Positions 7,830 through 15,340 are shown, numbered from the stretch's first letter. The stretch is DNA of 24,000 bases from Methanomassiliicoccales archaeon (GCA_004377185.1 SOIM01000020.1:70931-94930); one strand, 5' to 3'. Numbers and translations are program-made. Notes: generated from the sequence alone by a model not told the origin.

Positions 7830-8693
7830 ATGAGTGAATGTCCTACGTGTTCAGGTCAATTGGCCTATGTACAACAGTATGAACAGTGGTATTGTTACCA
7901 TTGCCAACAGTATTTCCAACCGGGACCACCGCCAACGCCGGAGCATCAACAACCGCAGCGAGATCCGTATCCAGAGCCACAACCAGATACTCCCACGCCA
8001 CATCCAGGGCCTCAACCACAGACGCCACCGCAACCGGCGCCCGAGTTGCAGATGCAGCCACAACAGCCCCAGATTCAGGTTCAGCAACCGGCGATGCAAC
8101 CGCAACAGCCAATATCTGCCCCCATCTGGTATCAAAACACCTACCGTATCAGGAAGAAAGTCTTGACCATCGGGAACAAGTACTGGATCGAGGACGAGAA
8201 GGGAAACATGTTGGGATTCTCCAAGCAGAAGCTCTTCAAGCTCAAGGAAGACATACGCATATACACGGACGAGACCATGAGCACCGAACTGTTCAGGATT
8301 CAGCAACAGCAAATCCTGGACCTGTGGGGATCCTTTGCGGTCATCGACTCCCAGACGAACCAGAGTCTCGGCACAATCAGAAGAGGTGCTTTGTCTTCGA
8401 AGTTCGTGAGGGATGAATGGGAGGTCTATGACGCTAACGGCCAACTTGTGGGTGGGATATACGAGTCCACGGGGCGAGGACTTGCCAGGAAGTACCTGCC
8501 CGGAGGCGGACTGATACCCGAGAAGATGTCCTTCTCATTGCAGGGTCAGCCCGTGGCCCAGATAAACCAGAAGTTCAAGATCATCGGAGACATCTGGCAT
8601 TTGCACTGCACGCATGTACCTCAGTACTTCGACCGCAGGGTGTTGCTGGCCTGTCTGTTGTTAATGGGAATGATAGAGCGCGACCGCAAGTGA
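7830..8693 (+). CDS. Zn-ribbon + P/Q-rich linker + tubby-like (LURP-one/YxjI/scramblase superfamily) domain protein
   Basis: The ORF track opens at 7764. I prefer the ATG at 7830, which is preceded by GAAGGTGA. The N-terminus is CPTCSGQLAYVQQYEQWYCYHC (CxxC...CxxC, nt 7839-7904). The C-terminal ~185 aa (YRIRKKVLTIGNKYWIEDEKGN...FKIIGDIWHL...RRVLLACLLLMGMIERDRK) follows the YxI+QKxxxxGxxYxIxDxxG pattern and has the terminal hydrophobic helix of PF04525-like proteins. The family call is from memory, not a search. Confidence 0.6.
   Translation: MSECPTCSGQLAYVQQYEQWYCYHCQQYFQPGPPPTPEHQQPQRDPYPEPQPDTPTPHPGPQPQTPPQPAPELQMQPQQPQIQVQQPAMQPQQPISAPIWYQNTYRIRKKVLTIGNKYWIEDEKGNMLGFSKQKLFKLKEDIRIYTDETMSTELFRIQQQQILDLWGSFAVIDSQTNQSLGTIRRGALSSKFVRDEWEVYDANGQLVGGIYESTGRGLARKYLPGGGLIPEKMSFSLQGQPVAQINQKFKIIGDIWHLHCTHVPQYFDRRVLLACLLLMGMIERDRK
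7917..8123 (+). repeat. Low-complexity P/Q-rich coding tract (about 69 codons)
   Basis: It encodes QPGPPPTPEHQQPQRDPYPEPQPDTPTPHPGPQPQTPPQPAPELQMQPQQPQIQVQQPAMQPQQPISAP. The DNA shows reiterated CCACAACC/CAGCAACC-type units. Confidence 0.8.
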
Positions 8694-8784
8694 GGTCCTG
8701 GAAACGGGACTTCATCTCTTCAGTTTTCTTCTCCCGAAAGCCTGAAATAGCCTGCGAGAGTTGTCATTCTGGGGTGACGAGCAC

Positions 8785-9372
8785 ATGGCAACTTTGACCT
8801 CTTTGTGGTTTCAGAATTCCTATCGAATAAGGAAGAAGGTTCTGACCATATGGAATAAGTACTGGATCGAGGACAAAAGGGGAAACAAATTGGGGTTCTC
8901 CAAGCAGAAGATGTTCAGGCTCAAGGAAGACATACGCATCTACACGGACGAGAGCATGAGCAATGAGCTGTTCAGGATCAAGCAGAAGCAAATATTGGAC
9001 TTGTGGGGCTCCTTTGCGGTCACCGACACCCAGAGCGGTCAAGTGCTCGGGACTATCAAGAGGCGTGCTCTCTCCTCGGCGTTCGTAAGAGATGAGTGGG
9101 AAGTCTATGATGCGAACAACCAGCTCGTTGGTGGATTGTATGAGTCCACAAGACGAGGATTGGCCCGAAAATACATACCTGGAGGCAAACTGATACCCGA
9201 GAAAATGACGTTCTCATTACATGGCCAACCTATTGCGAAGATCAACCAGAAGTTCAAGATAATTGGCGATATCTGGGAGCTGAAGTGCACCAACGTGCCA
9301 CAGTACTTCGACCGACGTGTGTTGCTGGCATGCATGTTGTTGATGGGAATGATCGAGCGCAGCCGCAAGTGA
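8785..9372 (+). CDS. Tubby-like (LURP-one/YxjI/scramblase superfamily) domain protein, tandem paralog of 7830-8693
   Basis: The ORF track opens at 8761 (TTG). I prefer the ATG at 8785, preceded by GGGGTGA. It aligns end to end with the C-terminal domain of the upstream gene at high identity by eye. Shared strings include YRIRKKVLTI, NKYWIED, LGFSKQK, LKEDIRIYTDE, ILDLWGSFAV, FVRDEWEVYDAN, INQKFKIIGDIW and VPQYFDRRVLLAC. Confidence 0.6.
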   Translation: MATLTSLWFQNSYRIRKKVLTIWNKYWIEDKRGNKLGFSKQKMFRLKEDIRIYTDESMSNELFRIKQKQILDLWGSFAVTDTQSGQVLGTIKRRALSSAFVRDEWEVYDANNQLVGGLYESTRRGLARKYIPGGKLIPEKMTFSLHGQPIAKINQKFKIIGDIWELKCTNVPQYFDRRVLLACMLLMGMIERSRK

Positions 9373-9418
9373 GGCGGACCAGAAATTCATTATCATTTAG
9401 CATACTCTTACAGTCAAG

Positions 9419-9427
9419 TTATTAATA
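9419..9427 (+). promoter_or_regulatory. TATA-like box upstream of the E1-like gene
   Basis: TTATTAATA is centred about 28 nt upstream of the ATG at 9451. This is consistent with an archaeal promoter giving a leaderless or short-leader mRNA. Confidence 0.3.
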
Positions 9428-9450
9428 GGTCAGCCTAGGTGTTTTCTTGA

Positions 9451-10248
9451 ATGGCTGAAACTGTAAAGCCAGGTGACTTGGACGAGGACAAGTACGAGAG
9501 GTCCAAGAGATTGGAATGGTTTGATTTGGATAAGATCCAGAGAACGAGGGTGTTGGTTGTTGGAGGGGGTGCGATTGGGAATGAGACCGTCAAGAACCTG
9601 ATACTGGCTGGTTTTAGAAAGATCACCTTGGTGGATATGGACCGTGTTGTTCGCTCCAACCTGAATAGATGTATTTTCTTTGATGAGGAGGACGCAGAAA
9701 GACGAAGGTTGAAAGTAGAGGCAATTGTTGAGAAAGCACGGAAGCTGGACAAGGAAGTGGATATCGACTACAGGACCGAGATGATTCAAAAGCTGCCGGA
9801 GGATTTCATTCCTTCCTACGACTTGGTCTTGGGTTGCCTGGACAATGTGGCTGCGAGGCTACACCTCAATGCTCACTGCTACAGGCACGGGATTCCTTAC
9901 GTCGATGCCGCCACGCAAGGGTTTGTGGGAAAAGTCCAGGTGGTGCTTCCTAAAGAGACCCCATGCTTGGAGTGTGGGATGAACAAGACCCATGTGAAGA
10001 TAATGGAGGAGAGGTTCAGTTGCACCGGTGAGGACGTGACTTTCCATGTTCCGAAGATGGCTGCTGAGATAACCACCACAAGCGTCGTTTCAGCCATACA
10101 AACGAGGGAGTCCATCAAATTGGTGCTAGGGATGGAGAAGGAGTTGATACGGAACGTTTTCTACTATGATGGGATGAGAAATGTGTCGGAGATTTTGGAA
10201 CTGGACAGGAATCCTGAATGTGCACATCATCCAGTTTCTGAGAAGTAA
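9451..10248 (+). CDS. E1-like ubiquitin-activating enzyme (ThiF/MoeB/UBA adenylation-domain family)
   Basis: 265 aa with Rossmann VLVVGGGAIGNE (GGGAIG = nt 9562-9579), LVDMDRVVRSNLNRC (the DxDxVxxSNLNR motif) and a CLECG zinc/crossover motif. A candidate catalytic Cys lies in EERFSCTGED, reminiscent of the PxCT motif of eukaryotic E1s. Confidence 0.85.
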   Translation: MAETVKPGDLDEDKYERSKRLEWFDLDKIQRTRVLVVGGGAIGNETVKNLILAGFRKITLVDMDRVVRSNLNRCIFFDEEDAERRRLKVEAIVEKARKLDKEVDIDYRTEMIQKLPEDFIPSYDLVLGCLDNVAARLHLNAHCYRHGIPYVDAATQGFVGKVQVVLPKETPCLECGMNKTHVKIMEERFSCTGEDVTFHVPKMAAEITTTSVVSAIQTRESIKLVLGMEKELIRNVFYYDGMRNVSEILELDRNPECAHHPVSEK

Positions 10249-10253
10249 TTCTC

Positions 10254-11081
10254 TTACAACAGGCCAGCGTTCTTCAGACCGTCCAGAACCAAGAACGTTT
10301 GAGTCTCCGGCTCTTTCTTGCCCCAACTTCCGTCTTTGTTCTGCCTTCTGATGATTGATGGGAGAGTTCTCTCCAATTGCTTCTTCGCGGCGGTTTGCTT
10401 CGCCCTGGATAGCGCATGGAACGTGTGGTAGAAGGGGAATCCTTTCCATGATCCAGTCTTTGTCTGAATATCTGCGAGATACTTGATTCCGTTCCTGACC
10501 CGCTTGGTGTTCATGCTCTTTGGATGTTCTATCAGCATGCGCAGAACGTTGATTGTGCACCATGAACCACACCAGTCTGGAGTCCAGAACTTGAGGTAAG
10601 AGTCAACTGTCTTCTGAACCTGTTTCCTTTTGTCAAGGCCGTACATGTGGAACAGGTGAACTGCATAAGGTGTCGTGTAGAATATCGTGCAGCCAGGTCC
10701 GAATTCTCCGTAATGGGTCGAGCGCATTGTGCTGGATTCCTTTCTATTGCCGGAGTGGAAGAAGCCAGGGTAGCCTCTGTATTCGTATTTCTGGGTAGAG
10801 AATAGCCAGTCCAGACCTTTCTTGACGTTCCTGTCCTTTGCATCGTAGCCCAGGAGGGCAAGGTTCCAGAGATTGTTTGCTGTGCTGACAAACAGATTGT
10901 CCCAACTGCCGTCTTTTGATTGGCGGGAAACGATTCTGCTGTAGAGTTTCTTCCTCAGGGCACCTTCAGACTTCGTTTTCTCATCAAACACAGATTGCCG
11001 GAGGTAGAAACCAATAGGTGACTTCAAATCGCCTGCATAATTCAGTGGGTCAACTCTCAGTTCTCTAGCGATGTCTTTCAT
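10254..11081 (-). CDS. QW-motif repeat protein (prenyltransferase/squalene-cyclase-like alpha/alpha toroid)
   Basis: 275 aa with three clear QW-type repeats: KKLYSRIVSRQSKDGSWDN, IKYLADIQTKTGSWKG, LPSIIRRQNKDGSWGK. A degenerate fourth is GLDWLFSTQKYEYRGYPG. It is convergent with the E1 gene, with only 5 nt between the two stop codons. Confidence 0.6.
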   Translation of the reverse strand: MKDIARELRVDPLNYAGDLKSPIGFYLRQSVFDEKTKSEGALRKKLYSRIVSRQSKDGSWDNLFVSTANNLWNLALLGYDAKDRNVKKGLDWLFSTQKYEYRGYPGFFHSGNRKESSTMRSTHYGEFGPGCTIFYTTPYAVHLFHMYGLDKRKQVQKTVDSYLKFWTPDWCGSWCTINVLRMLIEHPKSMNTKRVRNGIKYLADIQTKTGSWKGFPFYHTFHALSRAKQTAAKKQLERTLPSIIRRQNKDGSWGKKEPETQTFLVLDGLKNAGLL

Positions 11082-11178
11082 AGTAGGTCACGAATGGTAA
11101 TGGTCTGCGTTTTGCATAATGCTTTCTGCTGACTCTTGAGTTATGTCAGATTCACTTCCGATACCCAGAACGAAACCG

Positions 11179-11185
11179 TTTTATC
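11179..11185 (+). promoter_or_regulatory. TATA-like box upstream of the Ub-like/E2/JAMM operon
   Basis: TTTTATC sits about 34 nt upstream of the ATG at 11216, in the 134-bp divergent intergenic region. A GAGG lies 4 nt before the ATG. Confidence 0.3.
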
Positions 11186-11215
11186 TTCCACTCAGATATT
11201 CCCTCACCGAGGGAT

Positions 11216-11458
11216 ATGACAACCAGAATCAAAGTCAAGAACGCGGAGACAGGGGCATCTGTGGACATGGACTTGGAACAGGACAACACCGTCGAGGAGA
11301 TCATAGAGAGTGCCGCATCGTACTGGGAAAAGCCTCCAGGCGCTTACGTAATCAGAAAAGGTAAACAGGTTCTCAGAGGCCAGGCAACCATTTCAGATTC
11401 CGGAATCATGCAAGATGATGTCCTAGAATTGATCCCCGACCCAGAAGGCGGTCATTAG
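11216..11458 (+). CDS. Ubiquitin-like beta-grasp modifier, pro-form ending ...PEGG-H
   Basis: 80 aa. IKVKNAETGASVDMDLEQDNTVEEIIESAA...VIRKGKQVLRGQATISDSGIMQDDVLELI parallels the ubiquitin pattern (IxVK..G....l.v....TVxxxK...GkxL.d..tl.d.gI). GGC GGT at 11447-11452 is followed by a single CAT (His), then TAG. Confidence 0.8.
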   Translation: MTTRIKVKNAETGASVDMDLEQDNTVEEIIESAASYWEKPPGAYVIRKGKQVLRGQATISDSGIMQDDVLELIPDPEGGH

Positions 11459-11472
11459 TCAAAGGAGATTCA

Positions 11473-11988
11473 ATGCCCCTGCCCAAGGATGTGCTTAGAG
11501 ACAGAGTACATAATGAGATCCTGATGTGCCAGCGTCAGTTGCACCACTTGATAGAAGTCTCAGACCCAAACTTCAATGAATTCCCTGTCGAGGTGAACCT
11601 GACTCTCACAAAAACCCCCGGCCCGATAATGCTGGACGGAAAGATATCCCACCTCTTCAACCACAAACTGAAGATGATAATCACCGAGGACTATCCCTAC
11701 GAGAAACCGATCGTAAAATGGCAGACCGAGATATTCCATCCAAACATTATGCTTCCAGATGATGGTGGGTATGTCTGTACCAAACTCCTGGACGACTGGA
11801 GCTTCTCCTCGAACCTCCTCACCTTCATAAAAGGTCTGGAATCCCTTCTCGTCAATCCCAATCCCAAGAACCCGTACGGAAGCGATTCCTGCACCAGGGC
11901 CGCGGAATACTTCAACACTCACGAATACAAGTCGCCTGTGGTCATCAAAAAGAAGGACCCTCCAAAGATCGTCGGGGTAATCCAATGA
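11473..11988 (+). CDS. E2 ubiquitin-conjugating enzyme (UBC fold)
   Basis: 171 aa. DYPYEKPIVKWQTEIFHPNIMLPDDGGYVCTKLLDDW matches the eukaryotic E2 core (YPfkPPkv.f.t.i.HPNi...G.iCl.iL..W). HPN is residues 89-91 and the catalytic Cys102 is TGT at 11776-11778. The downstream LLVNPNPKNP matches the Ll..PNp..P motif. An AAGGAGA Shine-Dalgarno-like sequence lies upstream. Confidence 0.88.
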   Translation: MPLPKDVLRDRVHNEILMCQRQLHHLIEVSDPNFNEFPVEVNLTLTKTPGPIMLDGKISHLFNHKLKMIITEDYPYEKPIVKWQTEIFHPNIMLPDDGGYVCTKLLDDWSFSSNLLTFIKGLESLLVNPNPKNPYGSDSCTRAAEYFNTHEYKSPVVIKKKDPPKIVGVIQ

Positions 11989-12635
11989 GTGCACCAAAAG
12001 TTGTCAGTGAGACGAAGAAGGAGATAGAAGAGAAGTCCCCTCCGTCAATCATAAACATTCGCCAGCACTACTGGCTGACGGCCGAGAGCAAGGAGCTGTA
12101 CAAGGGAGTAGTCCTCTCTTCCGGAGTGTTTCCCGTATATATCTCAAGAAAGGCGGAGGAAAAGATCAGGAACCACGCGATGGAATACGGGGATGACGGT
12201 ACAGAGGTCATGGGCTTCCTTCTGGGTGAGGTTTTTGAACACAATGGGGTGAGATACGCGGTTGTGAAGGATGTCGCCACCACCAGCTTGGACGCCTCGG
12301 AAGTCTCGGTAAGATTCGACAAGGACAATATGGAACAGCTCTTCAGCCAGATGGACAGTTCGGGCTTTGACTACATGATCGTGGGATGGTACCACTCCCA
12401 CCCAGGTCATTCCTGCTTCATGTCCCCAACGGATATGCGGACTCAGAGGGCGATGTTTCAAGAAGACTACCACTCCGCGATCGTCGTCGATCCTTTGAAA
12501 ATGGAGATTGAAGCTTACGGACTGGATGGAAACGATTACAAACCCATTCCATTCGCCGTTTTCTGGGAAGAGTTCGAAGACCCGTATGGAAAGAAAACCA
12601 AGAAGAAAAAGATGAAGAAGCTAAACCCAGATTGA
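11985..12635 (+). CDS. JAB1/MPN/JAMM metalloprotease (Rpn11-like deubiquitinase / pro-Ub processing enzyme)
   Basis: 216 aa with EVMGFLLGE (the catalytic Glu region) and a full JAMM motif, GWYHSHPGHSCFMSPTD (HxHx7Sx2D). Its start overlaps the E2 stop (ATGA at 11985-11988). The C-terminal tail is Lys-rich (KKTKKKKMKKLNPD). Confidence 0.88.
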   Translation: MSAPKVVSETKKEIEEKSPPSIINIRQHYWLTAESKELYKGVVLSSGVFPVYISRKAEEKIRNHAMEYGDDGTEVMGFLLGEVFEHNGVRYAVVKDVATTSLDASEVSVRFDKDNMEQLFSQMDSSGFDYMIVGWYHSHPGHSCFMSPTDMRTQRAMFQEDYHSAIVVDPLKMEIEAYGLDGNDYKPIPFAVFWEEFEDPYGKKTKKKKMKKLNPD

Positions 12636-12644
12636 GTGTCGCGA
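12612..12644. repeat. Left copy of the 33-bp direct repeat (putative attL), covering the last 8 codons of the JAMM gene
   Basis: ATGAAGAAGCTAAACCCAGATTGAGTGTCGCGA. It is identical to 16261-16293 except for T/C at 12639 versus 16288. Confidence 0.8.
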
Positions 12645-12672
12645 TTCTCACTCCCAAAATCTTCTCTCACCC

Positions 12673-12680
12673 TTTTTTTT
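12673..12680 (+). terminator. Oligo-T tract (T8) downstream of the JAMM gene
   Basis: CCTTTTTTTTGCG lies about 40 nt after the stop. Oligo-T runs act as archaeal termination signals. This one sits inside the inserted element, just past the left repeat. Confidence 0.35.
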
Positions 12681-13037
12681 GCGAATCCCTAACCAATTCT
12701 GGTGCTGGGGTGTTGGAAGTGCTTTTGATATGTGCACGCTTTGTCTCACGGATAAGAGGTGAGGATAGTCTCTTCTCGATACGTGGAGAATCTCAAATCG
12801 CTAGTTCAGTCTTAAGCAGTCCCCAATAGGTGTGAAGCTGAACGAATCTCAAAAACACCAACGGCTTCGCCTTCTCATCCGCAAGTGTAGGACGAAGGAT
12901 GGTTTCGAGAGCTACTCAGCCATAAATCTCACAAACTACTTCGAAAGTTTTATGTGATAGCAGGTCATATTAGTTATTGCGTTGGTAGTAACCAACAAAA
13001 AGAGGGGATGTGGCGAGTCGCCTCTTACCCTCTGCTT

Positions 13038-13787
13038 CTATGGAAAAATCTTCAAGCCAGGACCCATATACTCTCCTTCATCATTTTTGTTGAACCTGTC
13101 AACAATCCTCTCAAAGAAAATATCGAAGTATTCGTCCCTCCATGTGTTTGAGGGTCTGAGTTTCCTTCGAACGCAATAAGCAACACAGTCGGCCAATTGA
13201 GAGAGGTTCCGGAAATGGGATTCAACAAAGAGAATGTCCTCAATCAGGAATTCGGTTCTCCCAGTAAACATCGTTCCTTCACGGAAGTACTCTGTCATTT
13301 TCTTCCGAACCTTGAGATCAAATGCCGGCTGCACTCTTTCAACCAACATAAGTCCAAATTCCCTTGGTCTTGATGTTCCCTCAGCTTCTCTGTTAACTCT
13401 CTTCAGGAACATATTCAAGCGTTCGTAAAGGAGGCGCAGTGCCCAACTCTCGATATCGAAATCCTTTTTTCTTATCTTGTTCTTGACTATGACGACACTG
13501 ACGATGCTCATCGTGGATTCTTCGATTAACTGGTAGATGTCTCCCAGCAATTCAAAGCACTTCGGCAGTTTCAAGCCACAGAACTCCTTGCTTGAATGGA
13601 CAATGTCCTTCGCGTGTAGTTCTACTTGGTCAGGATCCGTATCTGGGAACCACTTCTTCTTCAAGTCTAAGACCTTCTCATTGACCTCATACCACTCACC
13701 CTCATTGACAATCAGCGAAGACAGTACGAAGTTCTCTTTATCGCCGAAGTGCGGTTTCCCCGACTCATCCACATAGATTATGTACAT
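13038..13787 (-). CDS. DUF3800-like protein
   Basis: 249 aa with an N-terminal MYIIYVDESGKP (the hydrophobic-x-DESG start typical of DUF3800), a mid-region ELHAKDI, and a C-terminal SQLADCVAYCV (QxAD motif). The family call is from remembered motifs. Confidence 0.6.
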   Translation of the reverse strand: MYIIYVDESGKPHFGDKENFVLSSLIVNEGEWYEVNEKVLDLKKKWFPDTDPDQVELHAKDIVHSSKEFCGLKLPKCFELLGDIYQLIEESTMSIVSVVIVKNKIRKKDFDIESWALRLLYERLNMFLKRVNREAEGTSRPREFGLMLVERVQPAFDLKVRKKMTEYFREGTMFTGRTEFLIEDILFVESHFRNLSQLADCVAYCVRRKLRPSNTWRDEYFDIFFERIVDRFNKNDEGEYMGPGLKIFP

Positions 13788-14092
13788 TTCAGAGGAACAT
13801 CAGACAATAGATATTTCTATCCTCCCTTGCCGAGAAACTTTCTAGGTGAAGATCAATCTCCAGGACATCTTTCCGTTTCTGTTTGCTGGACATCTGTGAA
13901 CCGCCCTGATTTGGAGACGGCGATCTATGTCGGGGAATCGGAGCCCTCACTGGGTAGCCACATAGAGATGCAACCCTGTGGTTCCGCGCGTGCCATCTGC
14001 TTCCTCCGATTGACCATTTTGCCAATGCTTGATAATGTCTCTGCTCTTTTCAGAGAGAGACTTATCATGTTTTCTTTCTTATTGGAGTTTAG

Positions 14093-15340
14093 TCACTGAT
14101 CTCTCTTCATTACTCTTGCTAAGGTACGTTCCATGCGTTCAAAGATCTCGTTCACCTCCTCTTGCGTGAGGGTCCCCTTTTTTCCCCATTCTTCAACAAG
14201 TCTCTTTGATATCTCTTTCCGCACACTTCTTTCTTTGGGGTCTGGAACATTCCTCTCCAATATCTCATCTGTAATGAGTTCTAACACATGGAGATTTGTG
14301 GCATACCATTGTTGATACAACACCTGGGCAACATCTGTAACATAATCTTCTCCAAATGGTCTGTCAAGGACACCTTTGGGGAGAGCCATAGCGGGATTGT
14401 CTGGCCACCTCGCCCAGACAAAGTGTGGGTTGAACTGGGTCCATAATAGCTCAAGGAACTCTCGAAACTGCTCAAGGAGATCTTGACTGACGCCGAACTT
14501 CCCAAATACCGTGAATATACTCTTCTCTCTCTTCTTCCCTAACTCTCCCTTGATGAATCTGTTAAGGAGTGAACACACCTTGATGGTCTTCTGGTCTAGA
14601 TAATTCTCTAGATTCTCTATCAGCCATTGGGCGAACTGGCTCTCACTCCTTTTGGACTCTTTAACCCTTGCGGGGTCAGTTGTAGCAAGTGCATACGACC
14701 AATAGGCTAACGGATCAGTCACCCTTCCAGCGGATTCGATGAGAACGACAAAATAGTCCCTGAGTTTCTTGGGTAGCTGTGTCTTCTCTATCTCTTCGAC
14801 CAGATAATCCTTCACCATCTCCAGGGGCATGACAAGAAACCGGTATAGATTCTCCAACTCCCTGCATGCGATCTGCCGTCGTTCCTTGACCTGATTCTCC
14901 CAGCCCTCTGGCATTTTCACGACATGGGGTATTCCATAGACAGTAAGTGATGCTGACCACAACTTGGAAAGAGCATCTGATTGTGCCATCTTCATGACTG
15001 TTTCCATGTCCTCTGCCACCACTGGCCAACAGTGGTCTATATCAGTCCTCCTGAGTGATTCGGTCTGCCCATCCCGTAGTCTTTCTCCCCGTTGCTCCTT
15101 CGTAACATAGTATATGCACTCTTTCCCATTTACCTTCCTTCTCTGGACCGCGCCTATATCACACAGTTTGCTAAGATACTTGTACAGAGCCTTGGCCTTC
15201 TCTTTGTTGTAACCAAATTCTTTCCTTATCTGACGTTGTGTGATTCCCTCCCATCTTTCCTCAATGATTCCAAGGATGCGGTCATACGGCTCTCTCTCCT
15301 TGATGTCCTCTATGTCTTTTATATAACTACCTCGCGACAT
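14093..15340 (-). CDS. Hypothetical 415-aa protein with an N-terminal winged-helix DNA-binding domain
   Basis: RILGIIEERWEGITQRQIRKEFGYNKEKAKALYKYLSKLCDIGAVQRRKVNGKECIYYV reads as a wHTH. The remaining ~320 aa look helical and have no motif I recognise: no Walker A, and no R..HxxR..Y recombinase pattern. Confidence 0.5.
   Translation of the reverse strand: MSRGSYIKDIEDIKEREPYDRILGIIEERWEGITQRQIRKEFGYNKEKAKALYKYLSKLCDIGAVQRRKVNGKECIYYVTKEQRGERLRDGQTESLRRTDIDHCWPVVAEDMETVMKMAQSDALSKLWSASLTVYGIPHVVKMPEGWENQVKERRQIACRELENLYRFLVMPLEMVKDYLVEEIEKTQLPKKLRDYFVVLIESAGRVTDPLAYWSYALATTDPARVKESKRSESQFAQWLIENLENYLDQKTIKVCSLLNRFIKGELGKKREKSIFTVFGKFGVSQDLLEQFREFLELLWTQFNPHFVWARWPDNPAMALPKGVLDRPFGEDYVTDVAQVLYQQWYATNLHVLELITDEILERNVPDPKERSVRKEISKRLVEEWGKKGTLTQEEVNEIFERMERTLARVMKRDQ

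Noticed and set aside
12418-12657. Possibility of a split (SSV-type) integrase gene reading through the att repeats
   Set aside because: The only ORFs crossing the repeats are the two host gene tails and a 79-aa ORF antisense to the JAMM gene with no recombinase features. An in-frame stop (TAG at 16234-16236) blocks any reading frame entering attR from inside the element.
13789-14092. Small ORFs between the wHTH and DUF3800-like genes: a 78-aa track ORF, a 47-aa ORF at 13925-14068 (minus), and an HTH-like frame (...SRDIIKHWQNGQSEEA...) lacking a start codon
   Set aside because: Three overlapping frames are open and none has a convincing start plus motif. This may be a degraded HTH-gene remnant, but I cannot support a feature call.
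14093-15340. Calling the 415-aa island protein the element's integrase
   Set aside because: I can find no R...HxxR...Y tyrosine-recombinase tetrad, no serine-recombinase N-terminal motif and no DDE pattern. Only a wHTH is recognisable, so it is left as hypothetical. The idea remains something to test, not a call.
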